A DNA stretch of 64,000 nucleotides, from IMG/VR virus record IMGVR_UViG_3300033069_001774, positions 37,921 through 101,920 of that record; one strand, 5' to 3'. Positions 1 through 10,007 of this stretch are shown piece by piece. Under the pieces are notes generated by a model. The model was not told the origin of the DNA, did no database searches, and was given only the letters and a program-made list of their open reading frames with translations. This stretch comes from a virus (lineage: Duplodnaviria; Caudoviricetes). Position numbers and translations under genes: made by a program. Position 1 is the first letter of the stretch, and each line of letters opens with the position of its first letter.

Positions 1-1
1 C

Positions 2-1039
2 GCTGCGTTGGCCACACACATTGACTCAGCGTCATCCAGCACTGTGCGCAATGTGCGCCGTGGCTACTGCGGCATCGCTTCTCCCGGGAAGTATCTGGTG
101 CTTTCCAAGAAGGCGGACAACACCAACTTCACAGCCACTGTGTCACCATCTGGTGATGGCTTCCTTCTCGTCACCGTTGTGGCGGGTGCGAGTGAAGTGG
201 TTTTTGGTGACCTTGGGTTGGTCGCGGGCGACCTCGTCGAACTCGACGGGGCGGAATACCCGCTCGCCTCTGTGGTGTCCGATTCGGAGTTGCTGCTGAG
301 CCAAGGTCCCGACACGCAGATCAACCCTGCTGTCACGCTACGTGTCTTCAAGGCCGACACAGTTGCCTCGCAGGCCAGCTGGCTCCTGGAGCAGGCGGCC
401 AGCTTGGCTAACCGCCGCATCTCCCTGTGCTGGACTGAACGCGGCACCAACATCGTTGACGGTGTGTCCACGGTTATCCCGTCGCGTTTCGGTGCCGCAT
501 TTGTGGCAGGTCTGCGCTCCTACTTGGCGCCTTCGGTCGGTATGACGCGCCAGGCTGTCAGCACCTACGTGCGCACGCCGCGCATGTACAGCCGCTACCG
601 CGTTTCCGATCTGGATGCCATCGCAGCCGGCGGCATCATGATCATCGGGCAGGAGTCGAAAACGGGCAGCGTGCGCATCCGCCACCAGCTCACCACCGAC
701 GTCGACCACGGCATCCTCTACTGGGAGGACAACATTGGCGTGCGCCTCGACGCCCTGCAGCTGGAAACAGACGCAGTGCTCGATGACGTCATCGGCAAGG
801 TCAACACCACGGAAGAAGCGGTGGGCCAGATCCGCGCGCGTCTGATCGAGATGCTGGAGGCGAAACGCAAGGTGGCCATCGGCGCCACTGCAGGTCCTCT
901 CATCGACGGCTACAACAACCTCGTCGTTGCGATCAATCTCGCACTGGCTGACCGCATCGAGGTCAGCTACAACGTGGCGATCGGTCCTCCGCTCAACACG
1001 ATTGTGCAGACGATCAACGCCTTCACAACGCTGCCTTAA
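2..1039 (+). CDS. Contractile tail sheath protein, C-terminal part (5' truncated by window edge)
   Basis: Frame open from position 2; C-terminus 'VRIRHQLTTD...EDNIGVRLD...DRIEVSYNVAIGPPLNTI' resembles sheath C-terminal domain; followed by tube-sized ORF and baseplate genes. Confidence 0.8.
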   Translation, partial: AALATHIDSASSSTVRNVRRGYCGIASPGKYLVLSKKADNTNFTATVSPSGDGFLLVTVVAGASEVVFGDLGLVAGDLVELDGAEYPLASVVSDSELLLSQGPDTQINPAVTLRVFKADTVASQASWLLEQAASLANRRISLCWTERGTNIVDGVSTVIPSRFGAAFVAGLRSYLAPSVGMTRQAVSTYVRTPRMYSRYRVSDLDAIAAGGIMIIGQESKTGSVRIRHQLTTDVDHGILYWEDNIGVRLDALQLETDAVLDDVIGKVNTTEEAVGQIRARLIEMLEAKRKVAIGATAGPLIDGYNNLVVAINLALADRIEVSYNVAIGPPLNTIVQTINAFTTLP

Positions 1040-1068
1040 CGCTGCCACTTTAAACTCACACTACCTCC

Positions 1069-1539
1069 ATGGCTTTCAATCCCAACGTCTTTGGCACCAC
1101 ACGCACCGGCACACCGGTGGGTCAAATCGCCGGCAGCGAGTTCGCCAAGATCTTTCTCGGCGGCACCAATTCTGTCACCCTCGGGCAGCAGTTCCAGGCG
1201 CAGTTCGGGCGCCAGCTCAAACCGATCATGTCGATCGGCGACCAGAACATTTACTTCGTTCCCGGGCAGGGTCAGGGCACGATTTCCATCGGACGCCTCA
1301 TCGGCGGCGACGGTCTGTTCTCCATGCTCAATTCGGGTGTGGGCGAATGCGGCACAATCACGGGCTTGCAGCTGCAGGCTGGTGCTGGGCGCTGCTTGGC
1401 TGCGGAAACGCAGACAGTGAACTTCGGCGGTGGTATGCTGGAGAACGTCTCCATGAGCTTGAATGCAGGCACGCCTGAAATTCTTGAGTCCTACAGCATT
1501 CGTATCTCCTCACTGGAAAAAGTCGCGTCCTCCGCATAG
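1069..1539 (+). CDS. Putative tail tube protein
   Basis: 156 aa, beta-rich, directly after sheath; 'QLKPIMSIGDQNIYFVPGQGQGTISIGRL' is tube-like. Confidence 0.65.
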   Translation: MAFNPNVFGTTRTGTPVGQIAGSEFAKIFLGGTNSVTLGQQFQAQFGRQLKPIMSIGDQNIYFVPGQGQGTISIGRLIGGDGLFSMLNSGVGECGTITGLQLQAGAGRCLAAETQTVNFGGGMLENVSMSLNAGTPEILESYSIRISSLEKVASSA

Positions 1540-1548
1540 GATGGCGGC

Positions 1549-3915
1549 ATGGCCACCATCTCTGACATCATCGCGCAAGGCGTAATCACACGTACGTTCT
1601 CCGACCAGGAGTCGTACGATGTGACGCTGGACACAGGCGAGACACTGCCCAACGCCGTGTTCGGCGCAGGCTTCGCCGCAGGCCTGCTGGGCTACAAAGC
1701 CCGTGGGCGTTTGGCGCAAGGCACACGGGTGTCTGTTGTCCGCGCGACGCCTGCGATCATCTTTGCATGCCACGGCACCACGCCACCCGACCCACAGGCT
1801 AGTGGTTTGTTCCGCACCTGCGCACACCCTGCTGCGGATATTTACAGCGATTTCGCAGATGACGGCGGGGACGGATCAAACATGGGTGCCCGCCTACCTG
1901 CTGATCTGCTCGAGGGCGAATTCGCCATCGACAACCTGCTGGGTGTAGGTGTGCACTTTCTAACCACCATGGCCAAACTCCAGGCTGGTGACCGCGCCAA
2001 GGTGGAAGTCGGACTGGTAGACGAGGTTGTGCGTATCGTGGCTGGTACTTTCAAGATGCACACAGCAGTCGGCGACACCGAAGTCTATAACGACGGCAGC
2101 CTCAACCAGGTGCAGCACGCCACCAGCTACCCGCACGAGGCCGCCGGGGTTGAGGAGAACAAGTCGCCGCGCGGTGCATCGCAGGATGGTGTAGTACAGC
2201 AGGCGCCAGCTGCTCCGACGGGTCGCTGGCGGTACTCACATTACATGGGGCACTTGGGTGATTTCCTGCATTTCTTCATCACCGACCCGGTGGCGGGCAT
2301 CGCCCAGTTGGCGCAGGAACGCGCAGGCAAACTGCATGTGCACGCGGGCCTCGATGGCACGCTGCTGGTGCGCAGCGTATCTGACATTGTGTTTGAGCGT
2401 GTGACGCGCATCGTGGTGCCGGTGGAGAAGAAGGCATACTTCGACCCCGCAGGAAAGACGACGGCCGAGTTCGCCAACCCACCTTCGGAGTTTTTGAGGA
2501 CCTGGGAGTTCGACCCCAAGCAGCCATGGAAGGCGGCGTACTACCTGCGCGACTACGCCCGCTGGCTGGCATCCAACCACAGCTACGCACGATTTCTTCA
2601 GAACGACAAAGACTGGTCCGTGTCCGCGGCGTCTGCTTCACCCAAACCGTCGTACGGCAATCAGGAGAAGGATCGGGAGTCCGCGAACAATGCACAGAGC
2701 AAGGAGGTACGCGAGACTTACTCGACGTTCCGCCTGCTGCGCGACGGTTCGTATGTCGTGCTCGATGGTTACGGCAGCAGTTGGATGATGGCGGGCGGCG
2801 ACATCAACTGCTCCGCTGCACGGCACTTGCGGCTCGAAGCGGGTGGCAACATCTCCGCGATCGCAGGCGGCAGCATCTTCCTGAAGGCGCGCAAGCACGT
2901 GGAGCTCACAGCGGTGACGGGCGCGTTGTTGCTAAAAGCCCGGCAACGTCTGCACGCTCTTGTTGAAAAAGGCACACTGCTTCTCCGCACCACGATGCAG
3001 GCGGGCGCGGCCGAGGATGGTGCGCATCGCTTTGTCGACGACACCGTCGGCATCATGGTCAGCAGCCCCAACGCCAGCGTCATGGCATCGACGACACGCA
3101 ACGTGACGATTGAAGGGCAAGGCAAGGAGCCAAAAACCGGGCAGGCAAATGGTGTGATCATTCAGTCGAGCGACGCCGACTTGACAATGCGCACAGGGAA
3201 GGACGGCGCGATCAAGATGCTCGCCGGACGTATCTTGCGCCGGGCAGACACGTTCTTCGACAACGCGCTCACGCAGTGGACTGTGCTGACGCCCAAGTTC
3301 AGTCTGGCGGGCAGTTTGCAGTACATAAAAGGCCAGCTGTACGCGCGCACACTGAACGCCAACGCGCTGCGGGCGCACTCTATCGGCAGCACTACCAAGC
3401 TCACAGGCGCAGCTACCGGCAAAATCGGGGCACCCCCACACAGCAACCACATCGAGTTCATCAAGGATCGCGCGACTGTGGACATGCCCAAGGAGGATGA
3501 TGGTGCGAAGGCTGCGATTGAGGAGCTTGGGAAGACTACACCGGCGCCGAGTACGCCCGCCGCGAACGCTGTTCGTCCTGTGTTTAAATTCCTACCACCG
3601 GAAGAGTATCGCGGATCCAACCCTGCGAATCTCTACGATCAGTCACTGGCCCAGCAGCTTGCGGCGGCATCCGGACACCCTGCAGACTTCAACTACAACC
3701 CGTGGGACTTTACCGAGGACGCACTCGTGGGCGAAGAAAGCAGCGGGGACAACTTCCCATTTCCAGGGAAGGCGGCGCGCATGTTCGCCTACCCGTCGAC
3801 CACCGTGCTACATCGCCTGGATGACACAGCACCTGGTGACATCAAGCCCACAGCAGATAAAGCCGAGCCGCGCCCCTTCACATTTTTCGCTTGTGACCTA
3901 GACGCCGCCTCATAG
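1549..3915 (+). CDS. Baseplate central spike-like protein (gp5/VgrG-like OB-fold plus beta-helix)
   Basis: N-terminal OB-fold-like 'GVITRTF..SYDVTLDTGE...GTRVSVV' and ~8-residue beta-helix repeats 'GGDINCSAARHLRLEAGGNISAIAGGSIFLKA'. Confidence 0.6.
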   Translation: MATISDIIAQGVITRTFSDQESYDVTLDTGETLPNAVFGAGFAAGLLGYKARGRLAQGTRVSVVRATPAIIFACHGTTPPDPQASGLFRTCAHPAADIYSDFADDGGDGSNMGARLPADLLEGEFAIDNLLGVGVHFLTTMAKLQAGDRAKVEVGLVDEVVRIVAGTFKMHTAVGDTEVYNDGSLNQVQHATSYPHEAAGVEENKSPRGASQDGVVQQAPAAPTGRWRYSHYMGHLGDFLHFFITDPVAGIAQLAQERAGKLHVHAGLDGTLLVRSVSDIVFERVTRIVVPVEKKAYFDPAGKTTAEFANPPSEFLRTWEFDPKQPWKAAYYLRDYARWLASNHSYARFLQNDKDWSVSAASASPKPSYGNQEKDRESANNAQSKEVRETYSTFRLLRDGSYVVLDGYGSSWMMAGGDINCSAARHLRLEAGGNISAIAGGSIFLKARKHVELTAVTGALLLKARQRLHALVEKGTLLLRTTMQAGAAEDGAHRFVDDTVGIMVSSPNASVMASTTRNVTIEGQGKEPKTGQANGVIIQSSDADLTMRTGKDGAIKMLAGRILRRADTFFDNALTQWTVLTPKFSLAGSLQYIKGQLYARTLNANALRAHSIGSTTKLTGAATGKIGAPPHSNHIEFIKDRATVDMPKEDDGAKAAIEELGKTTPAPSTPAANAVRPVFKFLPPEEYRGSNPANLYDQSLAQQLAAASGHPADFNYNPWDFTEDALVGEESSGDNFPFPGKAARMFAYPSTTVLHRLDDTAPGDIKPTADKAEPRPFTFFACDLDAAS

Positions 3916-3924
3916 GATACGCCC

Positions 3925-4707
3925 ATGCCTCCGTCCAAAAAACCTTTCGTTTCTGCGAGCCTGTCAGAAGTTGCTGCCGCGCTTGCGGATACGCCTGAGC
4001 CGCCTGCAGGCCCTAAAAGTTTCGAGCTGCCGGCCGACACGCTAAAATTTGCCGCAGCGGGCGGTCAAGTGGAGCGTCCCGAAACTGCGCTTGAACCTGA
4101 TCCGATGACGGAGACCGAGCTGCCTACGTCCACACGCGTGGGCAATTGGGCCGTGCAGGACAAGCAAAACAACAATCTCGTCGTCGAAGTGTCAGACGAC
4201 GAGAAAGACATATATCTCAAGGCTGTGTTGTTCGACACTCCTGTGGTATTCGACATCCCGGTGTTGGATGGGCGCCTGCTGGTCAAGGTGCGCACATTGG
4301 ACGAGGAAGAGGAAGCGCTGGTCACAGCGGCGGTGCGTCTTGCGGATCAAGCCTATCGCAAAGCAGAAGGGCAGACGGAGAAGCAGGCCCCGACAGGCAT
4401 GATGCTCTATGTGACGTGGATGCAACGATTCAAAACGTTGCTCCGTGTGATCTCGTACACGCCAAGCGATGCCAACGGCGCTCCGGGGCAGACGCGTGAC
4501 TTGCCGCGGATTAGCGGTAGTGGAAAGCCGTCAATGGCGCGGAAGGCGGAGCTGCTCCTGGCGCATGCCGACAAGGTCTTCGGTAAAATGAATCCTGCGC
4601 TGTACACAGCGTTGATCACAGCAGTGCGCGTGCACGAGCTGAAATTTACGCTGTGCTCCACCAAGGCGGCCTCGCGAAATTTTTGGTCGCCCGCCGGTAC
4701 CAATTGA
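3925..4707 (+). CDS. Tail assembly chaperone (gpG-like)
   Basis: Upstream of tape measure; ends with in-frame slippery heptamer A AAT TTT (4677-4683). Confidence 0.6.
   Translation: MPPSKKPFVSASLSEVAAALADTPEPPAGPKSFELPADTLKFAAAGGQVERPETALEPDPMTETELPTSTRVGNWAVQDKQNNNLVVEVSDDEKDIYLKAVLFDTPVVFDIPVLDGRLLVKVRTLDEEEEALVTAAVRLADQAYRKAEGQTEKQAPTGMMLYVTWMQRFKTLLRVISYTPSDANGAPGQTRDLPRISGSGKPSMARKAELLLAHADKVFGKMNPALYTALITAVRVHELKFTLCSTKAASRNFWSPAGTN
4677..4683 (+). promoter_or_regulatory. Programmed -1 ribosomal frameshift site (AAATTTT)
   Basis: Frame-0 codons CGA AAT TTT; the -1 frame reads KFLVARRYQLMLRAF..., the open ORF ending at 5066. Confidence 0.7.
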
Positions 4708-5066
4708 TGCTTCGGGCATTCCGCGCGGGGTTGCTGAAACCCGACTACGTTCACCCTATTTCTTCCCGCGTGCGGGAGAACCTTATCCTGGCGGACATCA
4801 GCGCCGAGCAGGACATGCAGGCAGGCCTGCAGCAGCTGCACCTCAAAGCAGCCTGGGCGGTGATCTTTGCAGACCCTGCACGCGCGCAGAAGGATATGCT
4901 GTCACGGTGCGCGCAGCTTCTCGCGCACGGACAAGGCGACCCCGTTGCGCTGCTGGCCGAAGCGGCGCAGGAGGTGCAGGAAGAAAATCTGCGCCGCCTT
5001 TATCAGGCGATGGTAGATTCAGGACAACTCGATCCTCCAAATGCCTCCCCCCGCCGAACCGCTTAA
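4707..5066 (+). CDS. Tail chaperone extension (gpT-like; -1 frameshift product or coupled start at TGATG)
   Basis: ORF in -1 frame open from 4653; ATG 4707 overlaps upstream stop. Confidence 0.6.
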   Translation: MLRAFRAGLLKPDYVHPISSRVRENLILADISAEQDMQAGLQQLHLKAAWAVIFADPARAQKDMLSRCAQLLAHGQGDPVALLAEAAQEVQEENLRRLYQAMVDSGQLDPPNASPRRTA

Positions 5067-7458
5067 CACACCCTCGCTGCTGGCTCGTGCTGAAGCACTA
5101 AGCCGGTGGGCTCGTGAAGACTCTCAGCGGTTGGCGGTGATGGACAGCCAGGCTGCGCAGTTTGCGTCCAACATGTTCTCCAATTTGCTGTTCGGCAAAA
5201 ACGCTGGAGACATGCGCAATTCGGGCGGCTTCGGCGAGCAGCTAGCCGGGCATCTGGCGGGCCAGCTCGGCGGAGCAGTCGCGGGTATGGTGGGCCTGTC
5301 ACCGGCTCAGATGGTGATGGCCACACAGAACATGGCTGCGTATGGCGGTATGCATCTGGCGGGCGCAGGGGGTAACATCGGACTGACCGGCTACGGTGCG
5401 GTGACCGACATGGCGTCGAATCAACTGTGGCAGCAAATGCAAAGCCAGTTCTCACTTCCCGGCGGTGCTCCGAACTTGGCGCGCACCCACGGCGCATCAC
5501 TCGATGATGTAGGGAGCGTGATGAACATGATGCAGCAGCGCGGGGCTTTCGCTGGTACTTCGATGGGGCACTACGAGACGCTGACCAGTGACCGGCTCGC
5601 CGCATTGAAGAGCGCCGCGTCGAGCTCGGGGGACAACGGCATGCTGAAAGAACTGGAGCAAATGCGCCCAGGCGACACGCACGTAAGCATTGATCCGGGG
5701 CTGGCGAGCAAGACGACGAGCTGGGCATCCGAGGCGCTGAAGACCATCCAAGATCTTCGCTCCATTGTGGGCAACTTGCCGGTGGAGCAGATCGCAGGCG
5801 AGATTGAGAAGCTCACTGGCGTGCACATGGGCAACCCGCAGAACATGGGCTACGCGCGGCAGGTCATCGGAGGTGCTGTGGCAGCCGGCGGCGCCGCCGG
5901 TATGTCGCCGTATGAATCTCTCCAGTTCCACGCCTCCACCATCCAGTCCATGGACGCCAGCTTGTCGGCGATGAATGGGCTGCCAACTGGTAGTTTTTAC
6001 GGGCTGGCCTCCGGCGCTGCGTTGGGAATCGATCGTGCCTCTTTTGCTGCACACGCAGAGCAGCGTGCGGGCGCGGCGGCGGGACGTTACATGGAGCGCC
6101 CCCTGACAGAGATTGCCGGCATCACAGCCAACGACACAGCCAGGCTGCTGATGGAAGCACCGGAAATGACAGAAGCCGCTTACTGGGCCAGCAGCTACGC
6201 CAACGACGATCCCCGGCGCCAGACTCTGCTCAACTCAATCAAAAGTTACGGCAACGCCGGCTCCGTGGACGAGCGCACCGCCGCGCTGCGCAGCATGGCC
6301 GCCACTACTGAGTCCGTCACCGGCGTGCGCTCGGGCAACATGATCAGCGAGCTTGGTATGGATGCACTGAGCTACCAGACATCACGAGATCCTGGCGTCA
6401 TGAGCGCCATGAACAATTCGCTGATGAGCACGAACTATGCGGCCATGACTGGGGACTTCCAGCGCATGGCTGGGGACTTCAAATACAATGTGTCCGGCGC
6501 TTTCGGTGGAACAGAACGCGCCGGGGAGTTTACGCGGGCCATGTTTCAGCAGTTCACACCAACGGAACGCACGCAGATCCAGGAGTCTTTGTCACTCGGC
6601 GGAACGACTTCCGAGATCCAAGCGCGCTTGGCACAGACGATGGGTGGGATGGGCATGCCTGGCACTTACTCCGCTCAGACGATGGCGGTGCAGCTGGCAC
6701 AGCACGATAGCAACATGCGCATGGCCACCGGCGGCACGCACGGGCTGGGTGACTATCTCGAATCCACAAACCGGATTGCGGCATCCAATCCTGCGCTGGC
6801 TGGGCTGGTGTCGGCCAACGGCATGGCGCAATACAACCAGGGGCTCAGCAGCCAGACTGACGCGCAGGCGTTCAGCAAAGGCGTGCTTCCGGATAGCTTT
6901 AAGTCTGACCTCATCCAAAAGATGCTGGGTGGGGCCACGCCTCTGGAAGACCAGGCGTATATCGCATACCAGCGAGACAAGGATCCAAGCAAGCTGCTCG
7001 AACTGAAGAAAAATGCGGACGGCGGCATGGACCTGTCAGAGGAGCAGGCGGAACAACTCCACAGCGTCATGCTCAAAGGCGGCATGGACCTGCACTCGGC
7101 GTTCGGCATCAAAGGTTCAGCCAAAGAACGCACTGCGGCGCTGCAGGAGGCGATGCGTGACGCAGGCAATGCATCATTGGTCAAGGGTCAGCTGGCATCT
7201 TCGGAAGGTCAGATCGTGGGCGACTTCAGCGACGCAACGCGCGTCGCGTTAACTCCGGAGAAGCTGCGTGAGGATTTCAACAAGGACATCGCGCAGCAGC
7301 AGGCAGCAGCAGGCATCAAAGGTGGCACAACGCTCGACAAGGCAGCCAGCGCAGGCAATGCCGCGCGCGCCGCAGCACAAAACGTCGAATTCAATGTCAC
7401 TATTCCCGGGCTGGGTAATATACTAAAAGTCTTCGGCAATGCGCTTGGTTTACGCTGA
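5041..7458 (+). CDS. Tape measure protein
   Basis: 805 aa Ala/Gly/Met-rich helical protein after chaperone pair; start uncertain. Confidence 0.7.
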   Translation: MPPPAEPLNTPSLLARAEALSRWAREDSQRLAVMDSQAAQFASNMFSNLLFGKNAGDMRNSGGFGEQLAGHLAGQLGGAVAGMVGLSPAQMVMATQNMAAYGGMHLAGAGGNIGLTGYGAVTDMASNQLWQQMQSQFSLPGGAPNLARTHGASLDDVGSVMNMMQQRGAFAGTSMGHYETLTSDRLAALKSAASSSGDNGMLKELEQMRPGDTHVSIDPGLASKTTSWASEALKTIQDLRSIVGNLPVEQIAGEIEKLTGVHMGNPQNMGYARQVIGGAVAAGGAAGMSPYESLQFHASTIQSMDASLSAMNGLPTGSFYGLASGAALGIDRASFAAHAEQRAGAAAGRYMERPLTEIAGITANDTARLLMEAPEMTEAAYWASSYANDDPRRQTLLNSIKSYGNAGSVDERTAALRSMAATTESVTGVRSGNMISELGMDALSYQTSRDPGVMSAMNNSLMSTNYAAMTGDFQRMAGDFKYNVSGAFGGTERAGEFTRAMFQQFTPTERTQIQESLSLGGTTSEIQARLAQTMGGMGMPGTYSAQTMAVQLAQHDSNMRMATGGTHGLGDYLESTNRIAASNPALAGLVSANGMAQYNQGLSSQTDAQAFSKGVLPDSFKSDLIQKMLGGATPLEDQAYIAYQRDKDPSKLLELKKNADGGMDLSEEQAEQLHSVMLKGGMDLHSAFGIKGSAKERTAALQEAMRDAGNASLVKGQLASSEGQIVGDFSDATRVALTPEKLREDFNKDIAQQQAAAGIKGGTTLDKAASAGNAARAAAQNVEFNVTIPGLGNILKVFGNALGLR

Positions 7459-7467
7459 GATTACACT

Positions 7468-7884
7468 ATGGAACTTTTTGCCTCCAACAACTGCGTCTAC
7501 GCTTTCGCGCGCCGTGCATCTGGCACTGGGTTCGCGCTGGCGGGTTTGACGTCGTCGCCACCGGTCATCATTCAAGGTGCCTTCTTCTCCGACCAGGACA
7601 TCGTCCAGGCTGTCAACTGCCTTGGTAAAGAGCGGTTCATTTTCTCGTTCGGCAAACATTTCTCGGACGGGCAGATGCTGGGAGTGGTGATGCTCGGCAT
7701 GGCAGGCGGCGCCAGCTTGGTCAGCTTTGTCGATTCGATCCGCACTTCGTCCGGGGGTGGGGCAGTCACATTGTCCACACCGCTGGGTGGCTATCGCGTG
7801 TTTGTTACAGGCTTCGGGATGGCGGTGCCCGACGCCGAGTTCAACTTGCAGCCGTTCAGCATCCTGTTCAAAATTGCATCCTAG
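7468..7884 (+). CDS. Putative tail tube initiator/baseplate protein
   Basis: 138 aa beta-rich ORF right after TMP; positional inference. Confidence 0.4.
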   Translation: MELFASNNCVYAFARRASGTGFALAGLTSSPPVIIQGAFFSDQDIVQAVNCLGKERFIFSFGKHFSDGQMLGVVMLGMAGGASLVSFVDSIRTSSGGGAVTLSTPLGGYRVFVTGFGMAVPDAEFNLQPFSILFKIAS

Positions 7885-7885
7885 C

Positions 7886-8593
7886 ATGAACGAAGTACTC
7901 CACAGCGTGATCAATCGCGGCGCGGGTTTTGCTACGCCGTCTTTTCCGTCGCACACCGATTTCGTGCCCGACACGAATGAGGTAGCACAAAGCGTGCGCG
8001 CTTACTTGGGGCTGACGCGCACGGACACCGACTACTTCGTCGTCGGTGCACTTCAGATCTTGCGGGCCTACCCGGATCTGCTGTGTCGGTTTGGGGAGAA
8101 GCAGCGCAATTACACGCTGGGCATCTACAAGCCCAACCCGCCGCAGTGTTCCCCTGCGCGCCTCGTAACCCGAGACTCCGTTGCTCCGTTCGTTCGTCGG
8201 CGCCCGCAGGAGTGGCCTCCGGTCTTTGACACGAAGATCACGTTGGTGGACGACGCCACGCTGGATCTGCTGCAGGACACTACTACGCGCCTGAACTACA
8301 CACGCAGCGGCGAAACCTTATTGGTGCCGTGGTCTGTCGCGTGTGGTATTGGCGGCGCCTTGTGGTGCCCCGACTGGACCGGTGTGCGTGAAATCCACGT
8401 ACGCGCGGATCCCTATGGCTACCCTTACACATTACTCGCGGAGCAATTGATTCTGCGCGACGACGTGCAGGCCGTATTGGAACAGTCCGACGCTTGGGTG
8501 TCTTTCGTGGACACTCCGAGCGCGCCGCGCAAAATCGCCTTGCTGCTTGCCGCGCTTGGGCTACAAAATAAAGCAGTCTATGGCACCCGCTAA
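7886..8593 (+). CDS. Hypothetical virion protein
   Basis: ATG 7886 one base after upstream stop; packed in tail operon. Confidence 0.6.
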   Translation: MNEVLHSVINRGAGFATPSFPSHTDFVPDTNEVAQSVRAYLGLTRTDTDYFVVGALQILRAYPDLLCRFGEKQRNYTLGIYKPNPPQCSPARLVTRDSVAPFVRRRPQEWPPVFDTKITLVDDATLDLLQDTTTRLNYTRSGETLLVPWSVACGIGGALWCPDWTGVREIHVRADPYGYPYTLLAEQLILRDDVQAVLEQSDAWVSFVDTPSAPRKIALLLAALGLQNKAVYGTR

Positions 8594-10004
8594 ACAACGC
8601 TCAGCCACTGGCTCGTTCGCCTCCTCAAGTTTGAGCGTAGGCGACGCCGGCTCTATTCAAGCGCAGCTTAATGACTACGCGCGCGCATCCGCCAGCTTGT
8701 ATCCTGGCGGCACGAGCGGCACACGCGACATCCCACTGGCGGCCATGGCTGCGGCGTTCGGTCAGGCGCAAATGCGCACGGTGAAACAGTCGGGCGCATC
8801 TTTCAAAGGCACCATTACCAGCGACGGCACTGTGACGTTCGCGGGATTTGAGACGGGCCCCAGCATGAGCGCGTCCGTTGGTAATTTCGCACCCACGTTT
8901 AACGCGGTACACGCCACCGCGGAACTGCAGGCGCTCGACATGTCGATCTACGCTGCCACACAGCTAGACGCCGAAGGTATGGAGAAACTGGCAGAGCCGA
9001 GCATCCCTGCGCGAACCAGCGCATTGCTGACTGCGCTGATCCGCACGTGGACGACCAGCACGTTCACGAACCTCACAGAGGCCGCCAAGGTTCAGGTGAA
9101 CCAGGTGCACACAGCCAACCTAAAAGCACTGACCATTCTTAAATCTATTTTAGACGCCAGCGACAGCGTCGAAATCGACGGCTTGGCTGCACTGCAAAAA
9201 TCGGTGGGGACGGTGAACCGCGCGTTGAACAGTTACATCGTGAGCATGCTGACCGAGCCTACGGTTGGTAGCGGATACCTGGATAATTTGCTGAAGCTGG
9301 CGCATACATTTGGGCTGATCTACGCTCCAGCTATGGGTGGCGAAAGCGCGCACGGTAAATTGATCAGCGTGCGCAAAGCGTTTGCGTCACCGCAAGCTCT
9401 GACGGCGCACACTATCACACTGTCGGGTGATGTGCGCCCGCCGGACTTACCGTATACGCACGTGCTGATCCCAAACATCCCCACAAGCGGTATGTTCCGC
9501 AGCTACGAGGATAAAAATGCAGTCATGCTCGGCGGGCAGCTGGTGCGCGGCGTTGTAAAATTTCCGGATGGTGCCGTCACAGGTCGTGCCTATGTAACGT
9601 CACCGCCGCCATATTTGACTGGCGCGTTCACCGACATGAAAAGCCCGTATAGCTACGGCCGCACATTGTCTCCCGGCAAGGCTCGCGCGAATGTAAAAGA
9701 ACAGGGACAGCTCGTGACCGGGCAGTTGGATGCTGTGCGCACTTTCATCAAGGGCTATGCGCGGGAGATCTTCTCCGCGATCCACATGCAAGGTGAAAGC
9801 GTGTCCGTGGCTCTGGCCATCACACCCAAGATGCAAGTGGGTGTAGTGTATCGTGTGAGCGTGGCGGGACAGGGTGAGCTGTTCACGGGACTGCTTGCAT
9901 CTGTGGTTCACTCGATTAATTCTTCCCCTAACTCAGGAGGCACTTACACGCAGGCGCAATTCTCACATGTGCGCTGGAAGGGCTTCTCACCGTCCAGCAC
10001 TTAA
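8580..10004 (+). CDS. Baseplate hub-like protein (gp27/gpD-like)
   Basis: C-terminal 'SVSVALAITPKMQVGVVYRVS...FTGLLASVVHSI...TQAQFSHVR' typical of hub beta-barrel end. Confidence 0.5.
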   Translation: MAPAKQRSATGSFASSSLSVGDAGSIQAQLNDYARASASLYPGGTSGTRDIPLAAMAAAFGQAQMRTVKQSGASFKGTITSDGTVTFAGFETGPSMSASVGNFAPTFNAVHATAELQALDMSIYAATQLDAEGMEKLAEPSIPARTSALLTALIRTWTTSTFTNLTEAAKVQVNQVHTANLKALTILKSILDASDSVEIDGLAALQKSVGTVNRALNSYIVSMLTEPTVGSGYLDNLLKLAHTFGLIYAPAMGGESAHGKLISVRKAFASPQALTAHTITLSGDVRPPDLPYTHVLIPNIPTSGMFRSYEDKNAVMLGGQLVRGVVKFPDGAVTGRAYVTSPPPYLTGAFTDMKSPYSYGRTLSPGKARANVKEQGQLVTGQLDAVRTFIKGYAREIFSAIHMQGESVSVALAITPKMQVGVVYRVSVAGQGELFTGLLASVVHSINSSPNSGGTYTQAQFSHVRWKGFSPSST

Positions 10005-10007
10005 TCC

